DNA of 57,254 bases, filler included, from Sphacelaria rigidula (lineage: Eukaryota), in NCBI GenBank assembly GCA_964200075.2. It is 5 parts of 5 records of this genome, joined end to end, with 100 filler letters (N's around TTAATTAATTAA, not from the genome) between each part and the next. Parts side by side here need not be neighbours in the genome. Positions count along the whole stretch, not along the records: positions 11,473 to 22,844 come from CAXNAA020005006.1; positions 22,945 to 34,315 come from CAXNAA020005007.1; 3 more parts are not named here. One strand, given 5' to 3'. The notes under the pieces are model-generated. The model searched no databases. It was not told the origin of the DNA and saw nothing but the letters and a program-made list of their open reading frames with translations. This document shows, one piece after another, positions 11,816 to 25,160 of this stretch (its first letter is position 1; each line of letters starts with the position of its first letter). A program made the position numbers and the translations under genes.

Positions 11816-13149
11816 CGTCACAGGCTGGTACCCACCCCACCCCCGCCTCTCGATAATAGGCAAGTAACTTGAGTAAATGCTTATTTTCCTTTTTTTCCTT
11901 GAATGGTACGCACGATACACCAATGCCTTCACCGCTCACGGTCCGCCTGTACGTGAAAAGCTAAAACATGACGAGTTTTCGCTGTCTTTGCAGCCCAAAC
12001 CGACGACGTTTCGCTGCCTTCGGATTTACCGTTCGGCCGCGGGTCTGAATGAAACGGCTAATGTGAAGAAAACACGTGCTCGTGTATACTCACGACTGAC
12101 TAACTGTAGCGGTACTGTACTGTACTGCACTGTACTAATTGGCCATAATATTGACCGTGCGGACAAGTGATTCCTGATTCTGCAACCCTCAAATTCGAAC
12201 AAAAATTCTGCTGATTGTACGGTATTCTACGCTAGGGTACCGAGTTATACCGGGATCTTCCTTTGGGTCGGTAGTGATGAAAATACGTCGAGAAAAACGT
12301 CTTCCCGTTTCTTTACCAGTACGCACAATGGGTCAATGACTTCACTATCCACGGCCCGCCTGTGCGCTAACACCACAAAAGTGGGGCGGTTTCGCTACCC
12401 GAGAAATTGGCGTTCGACCACGGGTCTGATTAGAAGGTCTGGTGTAAAGGTGATGGATGCTCGTGTACGGCTGTTGTGACGGTACTGTACTGTACAGTAC
12501 TAGTCAGCATTCGACCGAGCGGGCAAATGCTTCGAATTGCGTCAGTGCATCGCTGTCTGGGGTGCGACTGCGAACGCAAGGATGCCGGGTCGGGAGAAAT
12601 TTACATTTGCATTTCGTTGCACATTCCTCATACGCTGACGGTTACCAGGGTGGTATCCCACGCTCGAATCATGTACGGTCGAGTCGTGTTTTCAAACTGC
12701 GGTGGCTTTACGGTCGCGTTAAAAAACCTGGTGCGTGTGCAAGGCATTTTGTGCATGAGCAAGATATACCACGTAGAACATCATGGGTGGAGTCGCACTA
12801 ATGAATGCAGGGACCCTGCCGCGGTGCGTTGTACTGTATATTATCAAAATTGCCGTACTAGTTTATTTCTGTTTTGGCTCGGAACCAACTCAGTGAACGC
12901 CCGATAGTGGAACCGTCGTACCTGCACAATGATCGCCCTGTTGCCAACAGCAATCGATCACAAGATCCGAAAATACGGGCAACCGTTAGTTTCATAATCC
13001 AATGGTTGAACAACTGTGCCGACTCGTGCAGTCGCCACCTCATTATTCGTGTCAATCATTTTTTCTGACCATTTGGTAAAAAGCACGCTTTCTTCCCCAT
13101 CCTGACGCCATCATCAGTTATACCGTTATTAGAGCAAAGGGGCGAGGCG

Positions 13150-13262
13150 GTGTGTATGCGTTGTTGTCCCATGTATTCTTGACGCCGGTCTACACCTTTC
13201 GGTATATGTGGGCGCATCAGCCGCGGGGTCACACAGGAGGAAGGTCAACACAGGATTTATTT
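13150..13262 (-). mobile_element. SINE family 3' fragment
   Basis: GTCCCAT.TATTC..GACGCC...GTGGGCGCATCAGCC..GGGGTCACACAGGAGGAAGGTCAACACAGGA matches 16236-16595 and 21913-22290. Confidence 0.7.
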
Positions 13263-16235
13263 ATTTTTACTTGCACACGCGGTCATTTGGCTACCCCTAA
13301 ACTTCCTCCAGGTGGGTAAACGTTTCACATATTGGACAGCTCGCACGGGGCGACCGGCATGCGGCACTACTGTGAATAATCCTTCGACCCCGCCATCATT
13401 ATGACGGTCCGGACTGAAACGATTTGGCTCGGCGGTACTGTGGATCCTTCGACCACACCATTATGATTATTTGGACGTTCAGAACGAAACCTGGAATTAT
13501 TCAACCATGAATTCGGGGGCCAAGTTGGCGGGGGTTCTTTTACGTCTGAAAAGGTCTCACGCTTTCCTGGTTTATTCTCTATAGCTCTGGGTTTTGTTCT
13601 ATTTTCTCAAATGAAAATGATCTTGATTCATAGGAGAACCGCCGACCTGGCGGTCAAAGGGTCTCATCATTTATCTGATGAATCACAACCATTTTCACTT
13701 GAAAAAATAGAAGGAAATAAACCAGGGAACCGGGAACCGAGTTTGAGATACCTCTAATGATGGCGTGCTCGGGTCATGATGGGAGGCGATAGCGCACCAC
13801 GTAAAACATACCGCCGCTCCGGCAATATGCTGTCTGTGTTGTGGTCTACCTCTGTGACATGTTTCAGGCTGGTTAAAACGTTGAAACAGACACGGCGGAG
13901 AAATCCACGAGCAGAATAACCCTTGATTTGTACTGAAAATACAGTACTAAACCCTGTTAAACCGTCGAAAGATACACATGAGGTGCTTATGATTTTTGTA
14001 TGCAAGGATCTTGGCAGTTGGGTCAGGGGCTGGCTCGCTTTTTTTTGGCGTCAGACTGGTCTACTGCTCACCGCACTGCTCACCTGCTCCAAACCATATG
14101 AATTTTCTCAGAACTCGCTATTCAATCTTAAATCAAGTAAAATCGAGTGCCAACCATTATTTACGTACGAATCCTCAGATCTACTGCATGATGCTGCGTA
14201 CATGCTGCACGAATTCGTACGCAACTAGTGCGCGCGGCTTGATTCAAGTGAGCCTCATCTACTCTGATGGATTCGCTCACACCATAATAAATGTGTGCCG
14301 TCTTCCCTGGCCAAGTGTGTCACGTTTTTCCCCATGCTGTGCGTTGTGCGTCGTCATCCCATCTATTATTTTTGTTACTCTGGACGCCAGTACGACTTCA
14401 GTGTAGTTGTAGTTGTTGTTGTTGTTGTTGTTGTTGTTGTCTTCACATTAAAAAAAACGTTCCCATATCTGCGCGGTACATTCGCACTGGGCACCTGATG
14501 CGGACGCCTTCTTCTACATATATAATTTATATATATATATATATGTGGGTACATCAGCCGGGGTCACAGCACAGGAAGCACACGCGGCCATTCGGCTACT
14601 CCCCAAAATACTCTGTTCCGGTCAACTTTTCGATCCGCCAGAGGAATTGAATGCTTCTGGAGGGTGCGCGGCACTCCAGAGGGGTGGGATCGAACGCCTC
14701 CAGAGGCTTGTTTTGCCCCTGCTGGGCCGCGCACCCTCTGGAGGAAGTTGGAGGGTGCGCAGCCCTCCAGAGCACCATCTTTTTTGTTACTTTCGAGGGA
14801 TTCAGACCTCGGAAGTCACTGGAGCATCACAATGACCGAAACTGAAAACGGAATATTCTCTACTCGTAGAGGGTAATTTTATCCTCCGGAGGGTCACTGT
14901 ACCCTCGAGAGGAGAAAATTCGCGATAGAGGATGTTTATGGGGGTAGCCGAATGGTTGCGTGTGAGGTCAATACCGAGGAGGAGTTATTTTTCATACTTA
15001 TTTTTTATTTATTAGTTATTCGTCACCTCTCTTCTTCGGTGCTTGCTTTTCATGTTTTATTACCGAAGAAAATGGTTTATCACTGTTGGGTCGCTTCTAG
15101 GGTTTACTCGCGCATACTGCTCTTTGATAGAAGAACTCGAAAGTGCTGGAGTCGGTAGATTTTGGTAAAATAAACAGATCGTCCTCAGAACACAGTGCCG
15201 AAGTTACGTGTTAGTTGGTGTTACCAGTTATCGGGCGACACGACGAGTAGATACCCCGTTTGTCAGCAGGGTGTTATGGAAAGTGAACCACAGTTTTTCG
15301 GCTCGAGCTTGGCCCGAGTGCAATGGGTAGGTAGTGGGTGGGTGTAGAGTTGAAAAAAAAAAGTATTTTCATTTCTTCACAAACACAATCGGGGCAGGCT
15401 CGGTCGACCGAAAATACCGCAAGTCAGAATCTGGGGGTGTGAAAAGTGGCGGGACCTTCGATCGATGACCAGTCAGCCCGTAATTATCATCATTATTATT
15501 TCCGCAGTTTAGTCCGATCTCGCGAACCCGTGGTCACAGACGTAGGCTCGCCTCTCCAATACCGTCCTCGCTATTCCTTACTAGACACATTACCAAAATA
15601 AAGAAAAAATGAGAAGAGAGACGCCACGAAAACCGGTGAGAAGTAGCTCCCCGAATTCAACGGGGAGAGAAAAGAAAGAAAGACAAACAAACAACAAACG
15701 TCATATCTATCAAAAGTGTGAAGTCTACACCGAAAGAAAGGAAGAGGTAAGATAATAAAGGACAAAACAGGAAATGACAGGTGACACAAAAAGATTAGTA
15801 TGGCCACCACGTTAGTAGGGTGCGACTTAAAAACAAAAACAAAACCACCCCAGGCACCCTCATATACGACTACCACAGCTGTTCGGAAAAAAGCGGCAGC
15901 GAGTGTACTGCTCGAATGGAGTACAGGTTACTTTTTGGATGTCCTCGGTCGGTACTGGGGGAGCTCTAGATGTAGTACAGCAACAACTCCTTAGCTTGAT
16001 GTGCTTCGACCCTAAGCCGCTCAGATAAAAATTGAAAACAGATTTTTTTTTCTTGGAATATGAAGTGGGTACTAGTATCCTCAGATCCCCAACAACAATG
16101 TTCCGTGAAATTGAGAGTAGATGATGCGATTGATTGAAAGAGAAAAGCCTTCAATTAGTGAATGAATCGTTTCAGTTCCGAAATGCCCATCCACGAGGCC
16201 CGATCGATATATTTATGTTTTCTGTACAGTAGTAT

Positions 16236-16595
16236 GTGTGTGTATTTTGTCCCATCTATTCTGGACGCTGGCCTGCACCTTGCGGTGTATGCGTGGGCGC
16301 ACCAGCCGGGGTCACACGCAGGAGGAAGGTCAACACAGGAGCTTCTTTTTTTTTAGCACCCTACCTTCCTTCTGCGGTGCTTGCTTTTTTTTATTTTTTG
16401 AATCGCGAGAAGAGGGGTTCAGCAGTCCCTTTCCCTCGACGACCGTTAAGACGAATTTTGTGTACCCACGATATAGTCGCTCTCCACTGTTGGGCATGGT
16501 GAGAGAAAAAATCCCAGATCGCTCCGAGACTCTGAACCCACGACCCAACCGTCAGAAGGGGTCGAGGTTACCAACTGAGCCACGGGGGCGACCGG
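16236..16595 (-). mobile_element. Full-length tRNA-derived SINE
   Basis: Minus strand head with A box TGGCTCAGTTGG and B-box-like GGTTCAGAGTC, conserved body, (CA)n tail. Confidence 0.8.
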
Positions 16596-16907
16596 CATGT
16601 AAGTAGTAGTAGCTTGCCACTGAGGCCCTTGATATCCCTGAGGAACAAGATATCGGCGATGTGTACAGCTGTAAGCACATGTGTGTACGCCTATGATGGA
16701 GGCAAAGAAAAGCACACACGGAATGTCGCGAATGATCAAAGCCGCACCCTCAATCAGCGCTCGATCTACTCTCAATCTCACGAAACATTGTTCGATGTGA
16801 TGAGAGGTGGCAAGCGAAAGAAACCTGAGAAAAGCGCCAACTACGACGACGAAATCACCAAATAAATACCTTAATTTAACTCTTAGACCGCGAGGTTAGT
16901 CTTCTGG

Positions 16908-17012
16908 TTAACCCCTAGACCGCGATATTGGTCTTTCTGGATCATGCACAGTTTTTTCACTTGAAATTGATGCCGATTCAACAGAAGACTAACCTCGCGG
17001 TCTGGGGGTTAA
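16908..17012. mobile_element. About 100-bp piggyBac-like MITE
   Basis: TTAA-CCCCTAGACCGCG...CGCGGTCTGGGGG-TTAA; related pieces at 11473-11542, 16876-16907, about 30640-30830, 31030-31150 and 31590-31700. Confidence 0.7.
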
Positions 17013-19204
17013 ACATGAGGTATACCGCAGATCCGTTATATTCACTTTATTCGGGCTACTACTTTCGGACCTAGACGACTGTGAGCAGGAAAAAATACTG
17101 TAGATTGGTGTCGGCGCTGATCATCGGGTCGTCGGGCCAAATATACTCTAACTCCAGTAGAGTATACCGGTATAGGTAGGTGTTCGTGAAGGGAGACCCA
17201 CGTTTTGGCAAAGAAGGGTGTGCGTGAAGATGCTCTGGTGAAAATCTCTTGATGGTCTCATCAGTATACAGCCGCGCTACCACAAGATTGCGAAAATGAA
17301 GCTGTAAGAAAAACTCGGATCACCATTATTAGTCCGGTCGATGAATATATTGTATAGCTGCGGGGCGTTCAAGAATTATTACCCCTACGGAATTGGACCG
17401 GCTGGATAATTTTATCAGTTGAGCTTTCGACTCAGCTGAGGTGTACTCGCACGAGTATCTCGAACTCGAGACTCCCGGTATACAGTACGAGTATCACTAT
17501 CTAAATATATAGCGAACTCTAGTACAACAGAAATGAAATGATTCTTTCAAGGAGAACGATTTAGAACGATTTAGAACGATTTCATTGTGTAGGTGCGGAG
17601 TGTTTGTCACTTACGAGCTGCCGAACTGCCCAACTGGACCACGACACCAACCATCAGGCAAAGAAGATCTCGATTTCATTCAGCCATGATATGATATATA
17701 TATACACCACAACCCCCACTCCACCCTCCAGCCGCCACTCTTCTTCACAGCCATACACAATCGACTTGATCATCACGGACGAACACATACTACAGGCCGC
17801 GCTTCACAAACACTGACACGTGAGTGTATATCATCTTGTCCTTTCCTTTGTCTTCACAGCTTGTTCTAAGATGACCATGGTCACATCTCCTCTCAATGGG
17901 TGCATGTACACAGCTCTCAGAGTTGGCGTTTTGTGTCGAGAGCAGACGGCCTTATTTCACTGTTAGAGGAGTGCTACTCTCGTTGCCGTCGCTTCGGAGA
18001 GGCATGCGGCGACTGATCGAAGGAGTTAATGCCACTGTGAGTAAACTAGATGTACCATGTGATGACAAGTCCTCACGCTTATGGTGCTTTGGTGCCGACA
18101 GCTACACGGAGACACCACCGCAGAGACACCTGCCATCAGCCAGTCCGTTGTGCGAGAGAATCTTACTTTCTATGACGTCTATGATTCAGAAGCATTTCGG
18201 CAGTGTGTATTCCGGGTTGACGTACAGGACGTCCCGACCACTGCGACTAAATCAAAAACGGGTGTTTAAGAAGGGATGTATAGTCTACTCTGTTGCCGAT
18301 CCTGTGTCTCAGCACGAACGTTGCTGTCGCTCGAGCAAAGTGTGTGAGGGATCAGGGGAGTGAGAGTAGTGCTGTGAGCAATGAATTATGTGTGTGGAGT
18401 CGTACCAGTGGTACTTGAATTTCGGTAACCGGTCTTGTCGTGCCGCAAAAACTCTCATGATCAACACGATTCAGAAAAATTTTGGTAGGCTTCCGGATCC
18501 AGATACGGGGGAGAAGACATCATCGGAGGAAGCATTTAGATACCAACGCCACGCCTGCAAACGCGTATCTTCTGTGGTGTAGGCCACGCCAGTCACTTGA
18601 AGGTTCAATTGTCCCTCAATCGGACAGGATATAAGTAGTGCTGAAATGATAAGTCAAGCGTGTTCCTCGATTCAGATCCATAACTGAGCCGCCGATGGCC
18701 TAGTTTTTAGGTGCAGGGCACCGTACCATCTGCTGTTGTCTCCCTTCACCTTCGTGTGTTACTGAGTCCTATTCCAGGGTCACACGCAACAGTATTGTTC
18801 GGGGTGCACACCTCTGTGCGCACGGGTGATGCTTAATCCTATGACGGACAGGGCAGTTGATTTTATTCGAACAGTCGACAGTTTTTAGGCGGGATATGAA
18901 CTTTTGGCCTAGATCACACGTCCTGGTGGTCGAAAAGTTTGTGCTCTAGAGAGCAAAAATAGCAGCATACAAAACTAGGATACTCGTTCGCAAACACGCA
19001 CTCGTAAGTGGGCGTCACTTCAGGAATGACAGTGTAACGGCGTGAACTTACCTTGACTTGTCTTGGAGTCCCCATCGTTGCATACAACAAAATTCGCAAC
19101 AGGAACGGAAGAAACGAGCCCGTAACCATGCGCCCTGCTTCACTTGCACTTTCCCTATTTGCAATCTCCCATCCCCAGCACCGAGGAGAAGAGCAGAGAA
19201 AAGG

Positions 19205-19573
19205 ATGGCGCGAAGCGCTGGCTTGGTCGGGCTGCTAGCTCTCTCGGCCGCTATTGCCATCGTGTCCGCCGATTTCACCGATCAAGATTTTGTAGACACT
19301 CCTTCACTCAACGAAGCCATTCCTAAACCGCAGTGCGACGAGAGCAACGATGTGACGGTCAGGTTCGCCAGCTCGTCTAAACGATTGTACTTGGAAACTA
19401 CCGACAATACCACCCGGGGTGGGTGCATGACGCTCGAAGAGATTTGGAAGGTTCGGGATCACAAAGCACCGCTGTATGCGATCCATCCTGAAAATCAATC
19501 CGTGAGCGACACTGTGACGGGAATCTGGTTATTGACGATGGACTTGTACGTGGAGGACGGCATCACGTTGCAG
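19205..19573 (+). CDS. MC5E: MC5E exon 1
   Basis: ATG at 19205, hydrophobic signal peptide, donor CAG|GTGAGT. Confidence 0.88.
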
Positions 19574-21616
19574 GTGAGTTGTACTTGATTTGCCGATTTA
19601 TTTTCGTCGGTGGGGGCTCGAAGTTCTCGCACAGAAAATAATGTTGCTGTTAATAAATCATGAACGGACATTTGAGGGATATGAACGTGACCATTTGACC
19701 CCGCCCCCCTCTCCCCTCTCCCCTCTTCTCTGAAGAAACTGCTTCCAAGTATGAGTCGGTGAAAGAAAGAGCTCGAGGACCCAGGGTTGTAACGGTACAT
19801 GAGAGCCACTCGTAACCAGGGCAGCGACAAAACCAACGTAGTATTCGTGCAGGACCCCTCGCCCCAGTAGCCCGGTGTTCCGATGATCCTTGGCTCACGA
19901 CACAACGTGTAGTGGTCGACGGTGCAGCGCAGTCATTCTCGGGTGCTAAAATTAAACACATTTCGCCACTTGGTCAGATGGAGTGGTTCTCTCCGAGAGG
20001 TTGCGCACAAACATCAACACCTCGGTTCGAGATATGTAGGCCGATGCACCAATTTCCTTTACTCTGACTCTTATGCTGTCACCCGAGTCAGTACAGCTGT
20101 TTGAAAAGTAGCGGAGCGGAACTATTGCCAATTCAACAAGAGATGTCAGACGTCCCACCCCGGCGTTCACAGAGTCATCAGGACTTTCGATCGGGTTTTT
20201 TCGAACTGTTACTCTGGCCATTTTGCTATCTTTTGAGTTAGTCTAATCGTTTGAAAATTAGAAGCAGAGGTATCGGTAATTCATCAAAGGACGTCAAACG
20301 TCCCACCCATGCGTTCACAGAGTCATCGGGGCTTTCGATCGTTTTTTTCGAACCGTTGTATCAGCCTCTGAATGTCGGTGGTTGATTAACCCTTTAGACT
20401 GCGAACCCCTCCTTGGATGGACTCAGATGGAGTACGCCACATTTGTTGTATAGAACGGCTATTTTTTCGCTACGCTAAACGCGCCTTTTTCATATACGTG
20501 TGAAGGCGGTATACATTAATATTGTAGATATTCAAAATAGCAAGGTTGTGTTCTGTAGGATATACCCGGTAGTGGGGAAGTCCTGCTTGACATCTAAACC
20601 GCACCGAAATGGGTATCGTATATTCTGACATGGTTCGGCAGGGCATCGAGCCTTCTTCCATGCAATCAGGTATGGTTCGGAGAGGTATTTGAGTATTTCC
20701 CGATAAAATACGTGGATACTTCTGTGGATACCCGGAGTTCAGCCCCCAAACAAATAGTATAGCCTACAGAACACAACGGAAGAAAAAAAACTCAATACAA
20801 GTCCCAGAAAACCCCTGAATGGGTTTTACCCTGCAGTCAAGTGTGTGCAGAGCTAGCATATGTGTTGTATGTGCTCGCTGGATACAACGGCAAGAAAAAG
20901 TCGGCGTGCCATCGCTGACATAACGCAGTGTACTGCACGCTGCTGATGTCTCTGCTTAGTGTTCCACAACAGCACGACGGTGTGAGGCTATGCCGACAAC
21001 ACAAAAGCAATCAGATTTGTAGGGGAACCAGTGACGATTATGACCAATCACAGCTGTTGAAGTCGCTCCTGGCTTCAAATTTTCAGTGGGGAACTTCCGA
21101 ACACACATGGTCGACTTCGTGAGCTTTTCGCCCATTCTGCAAACAGGTAGGCCCCCACCCCTCGTCGAACTCCCCCCCCCCCTTCCCCCCAGCGCCCTGG
21201 AAATCACCGGGTATCGCTGACTGTCAGTCGGTAATGCTCCTCCGAGGCGACGCTTGCAGTCTAAAGGGGTTGATGGAAAGTGGAAAAGCGTAGCAAAGCA
21301 CGTTCATCACGCCGGTGGGAGGTGCGTTACCGCAGTGCCGAGCGGCAGGTTGTGCATTTCCTGCTCAAAAGGCAAGACAAGAAATGAAATGAAATAATAT
21401 GCTGTGAGTGTGCCGGGCACGTGTTGTCAGGTTTTACGCCGTATTTTTACTGTTTAAAACCGTTCCTCCTTGCTTGACTTTTTGACGATTGATACGAAAA
21501 AGGTGCATGGAAAGGAGTCGAATGGAACCGCGGATGCACTGCTGTTACTAAGCACAAACGACACAATCATCAACCTGCGAGCATACGGCGGGAGCCTGGA
21601 CTTCGAGAACACCAAG
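19205..21616 (+). CDS. MC5E: Mannuronan C-5 epimerase (alginate epimerase), first two exons, partial
   Basis: Exon 19205-19573 encodes a signal peptide (MARSAGLVGLLALSAAIAIVSA) then RLYLETTDNTTRGGCMTLEEIW...APLYA...TGIWLLTMDLYVEDGITLQ. Exon 21503-21616 encodes VHGKESNGTADALLLLSTNDTIINLRAYGGSLDFENTK. This matches the N-terminal part of brown-algal MC5E domains; GT-AG junctions are in phase. Confidence 0.88.
20100..20360. repeat. Diverged tandem duplication (about 145-bp unit)
   Basis: ACGTCCCACCC..GCGTTCACAGAGTCATC.G..CTTTCGATCG..TTTTTTCGAAC occurs twice. Confidence 0.75.
20390..21269. mobile_element. Non-autonomous piggyBac-like element in MC5E intron 1
   Basis: TIR CCCTTTAGACTGC / GCAGTCTAAAGGG flanked by TTAA (20386-20389) and TTGA. 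Confidence 0.65.
21503..21616 (+). CDS. MC5E: MC5E exon 2
   Basis: AAG acceptor, NLRAYGGSLDF motif, donor AAG|GTATCA. Confidence 0.88.
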
Positions 21617-21912
21617 GTATCACCTGCACGCAATTTTTGCCACACCTTTTACGTTCTCACGAGCTTTTTCAATTTTCATTTCGAGTAAATAATCGGACTG
21701 CATTTGCTCTGCACGACTACTCAGGCGCACAAGTTCCCTACCCGAGTGGTGTTTACAGGCAACGTCGTGCACAATTTTTTCGCCAACAAGTGTACGACTA
21801 ACAACCACTTGCGCAAAATCGTCGGCCGCGAACGGTTGACGTGCAACTCCTCGCATGCACAAGAGTTCTTGGGCACAAGTTGTGTTCAGATCGCTATTTC
21901 AGGTTCTATCGC

Positions 21913-22290
21913 CAGTCGTCCCGGTGGCTCGGTTGATAACCTCGAAACGTCCCGACGTTTGGGTCGTGGGTTCGAATCTCAGGGCGATCTAGCATTTTTT
22001 TATCTCTCGATGCTCGACAGTGGAAAGCGACCATGTCGTGGTTACACAAAAGGCGACTTGATGGTCGACGAGGGAAAGGGACTGCTTCCTCTCGCGATAA
22101 AAGACGAAGGCAAGCACCGCAAAAGGAGGGTCGAAACTAAAACAAACAAAAAAGAAAGAATTCTTGTGTTGGCCTTCCTCCTGCGTGACCCCGGGTGGTG
22201 CGCCCACACACACCGAGAAGTGTAAATCGGCATCCAAAATAGATGGGACGACAACACACACATACCGCCACACACGCACACACACAAGCA
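21913..22290 (+). mobile_element. Full-length tRNA-derived SINE
   Basis: A box TGGCTCGGTTGA, B box GGTTCGAATCTC, body reverse-complementary to 16236-16595, (CA)-rich tail. Confidence 0.8.
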
Positions 22291-22844
22291 CACGCCTCCG
22301 AAAATAATCAATTGTTTGCCCATGGGCACGCCGCGGCACGTGCTCTTCATAATTGATCGGTTGCGCACTTGATTCAACAAGGTAATCTTACGAACGATTG
22401 GGGACCGTAGCGTTTCGAGTAAGACGGTAGAAACAAAGACGGGGGGGGGGATTGGTGGTAGGGTCAATGGATCCGGGATCGAGAAAGTCTCCTCGAAAAT
22501 GAAAATGATGATGAAAATGATAATCAACTTCAAAACAGTGCTTCCTTCGCCTACAGTCATTCCTTGCATGACCGCTGCAAGCCGCGGGCGCTCAAATGGC
22601 CAAGTCGTGCCTTTTCAAAACGCGAGGAATTTTTCTCCCCATATGAAAGCACCGCGCGGTCGAACCTTCGTTCACATAACCTTGTGACGAATAATTAATA
22701 CACTGGTGGCCACTGGGGTCTGCAACCTGGCCTTTTTGGGACCTTATCCACATTTGGTAAGGTCCGCGGATTAGGTGGACAACTGAAAACAGTGTTTTCG
22801 TGAGATTGAGAGTAGATGATACGATTGAGAGTGAAAAGCGGTCA

Positions 22845-22944
22845 NNNNNNNNNNNNNNNNNNNNNNNNNNNNNNNNNNNNNNNNNNNNTTAATTAATTAA
22901 NNNNNNNNNNNNNNNNNNNNNNNNNNNNNNNNNNNNNNNNNNNN
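22845..22944. other. Artificial contig linker
   Basis: N44-TTAATTAATTAA-N44. Confidence 0.97.
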
Positions 22945-24804
22945 CGCGCTCTCGGCACGCCTCCTTCCGGCGCGAGTAACACGCGAGGGGAGCCGCGTTG
23001 CGGGGCGGTGGGCGGGGGCATCATTTTTCCAACCCCTGCCCCCCCCGTAGTGCTCCGTCGCGAAAGGAAAATATGATGAACGTTCAAACGACTGAGGCGA
23101 GCAACAAATGAGTACGCCCCCCCCCACCCCCACCTCCATCCTCGAGGCAAGTCTGGGATCTCAACACACGTTGAGCACTATCACATCTGCCCAAGATCTC
23201 ACTGATGACAATGGAGAAATAAGGGAAACCCTTGGCAAGGCGTGTATGTGTGTTTGGTACGCTTGTAGCTCTGCTTCAGTAAACTTTTTTCTATCGTCCC
23301 ACCAACTACAATCACAAACGTATACGACAGACCACACAGCATGCACTTGCCCGTCCATCTATGTAAAGCCGCCGAATTCCCAGATCTGACCGCACAACGC
23401 GAAAAGTAGGTGCTTCACCCAGTACTATTATAGTGGTAAAGTACATACTATGCTGTATATGTGTGTGTCAATCTGCTTCACGATTCCTCGTGCCATCAGT
23501 TCACTTGTACGTTGCTGTGCCGACAATCAATTATCCTCCAGTGAATTGTCAGATAGGTGTGTCTCGCACGTAAAAGTTGAACCAGAAGCGAAAACCAACC
23601 CGACCTTTATCGTAATTCCGTGCTGATTTTCCCGACCCAAGCTGCAAGCAAAGTTGATTAGCGCCAACACCAATACGAACCGCTTGCCGGGACACTTTCT
23701 ACGATACCCCCCCCCAAAAAAAAGCTTGGGTTGGGGAGGCAACATTTTCACGTAAATCGAAATGGAAAAAGCCGAGCACAACGAGCAGCTGGGAATTCCC
23801 ACGCTTGGGTTCGCTCTCGCCAATGTCGCCCATATGAGGCGCTTCATATGGGTATGCCCGAAAATACCGACCGAAAAATGGTGTGTCTGGCATGTTATTC
23901 CAATTCTGCACATCTCGTTCGGAATCGTACCCTCTGCCGACGAAAATGTGAAGGTATATACATTTTGAAGTCGAAGGTCCATAACATGTATCCGACATTT
24001 ATACACAAATCGAGAACCATCTTGTTTCACGCTATCCTCGTCCGCCATGCCCAGAGTCCCTTCCACACTAGCCACCACTGTACGTGCTTGGCTGCTGGCA
24101 TGAATCGTACTTTAATCTGTCTCAGTTATCGAATCAAGCTGGATTGTTATTACGAAGAAGTAAATAATAGATGTTATCTTGTGCCTTGAAAGTATATCTT
24201 CTTTCCAGCATACGTTATAGCACGAGTCTTCGCTCCCACTTAGCTCTTGTACTTGGAAGTAAGGACCAGGGAAGGGCTGTCACGCCTACAGCTGTATCTA
24301 ATGCTTCTGTCATCGTAGAATCAGCCGAACCTCCCGATGAGGGTGTGACGATCAGAGGGATAAGACAAATTGTGCACCCTACGCCACGTCTGCGAAAAGT
24401 AAATGTGGGTACAGCTATAGTTTCCTGTCAAGTCCCCCGCGGGCAACCGTGGCCACATATAAACTGAAACAAATACGAAAACATCGTGCAAAAAACGTCT
24501 ACTGCGAGTAATTTCCGACTATCGTCCTGTCAGATAAACATGTCTTGCGCCCGGTGATGCTTGGAGACGTCCATCTTCCCTGACCACCCGTGTTGCTAAA
24601 GCGTGGTGCTGTGTAGCCAGAGCGTTTCGGTCAGTCGATCGCATCGTCCTAGGTGGTACACTGACTTCTCTTCTGAATCACGACAGCCTTTCGCTCTCGT
24701 ACGTAACGATCAAGGCGTCTCACAGTCAGCCGAGTGTGATGTTCTGCGGCCAGAAGCAGCTATCTTGCGTGACTACCCCTAGTTGGTGATGTTACTGTTT
24801 CTCC

Positions 24805-25160
24805 CATTTGCCCTTTTCCAGAATTCTAGCGCTCGTGGTCACACAGCCTTGGCACGAAGAGACAGAATTCAAGGGAAACAATCATAGCATGACGCCCATC
24901 AAGACGAAAACACGGCGCCCGAAGAGCGGGGTTCTATAAACACGTCAGCGAAAAAATGAACTACACAAACAAAAGTATGTGTACGACTCGAAAGAACAAA
25001 CCATAATGAGAACACCTCGGATACATGGTATGCGGGCCATCAGAGGCCGAACAAAGGCGAAAAGGGAAACGACATAGGTCAGCATACCGAACACGTCAGG
25101 ACAACACATGGCAAGGCCAGACAAGGCGAGACAACGCATGGCAAGGCAAGGCAAGGCACG
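24805..25160. repeat. Dispersed repeat, second copy of the 1385-1760 family
   Basis: Shared motifs with 1430-1760; includes (GGCAA)n at about 25110-25160. Confidence 0.55.

Noticed and set aside
17896-18582. Mid-length ORFs upstream of the epimerase
   Set aside because: No recognisable domain or consistent exon structure.
21913-21990. Possible tRNA genes here and at about 16510-16595 and 11700-11790
   Set aside because: A and B boxes are present but there is no good cloverleaf, and each is attached to a repeated SINE body.
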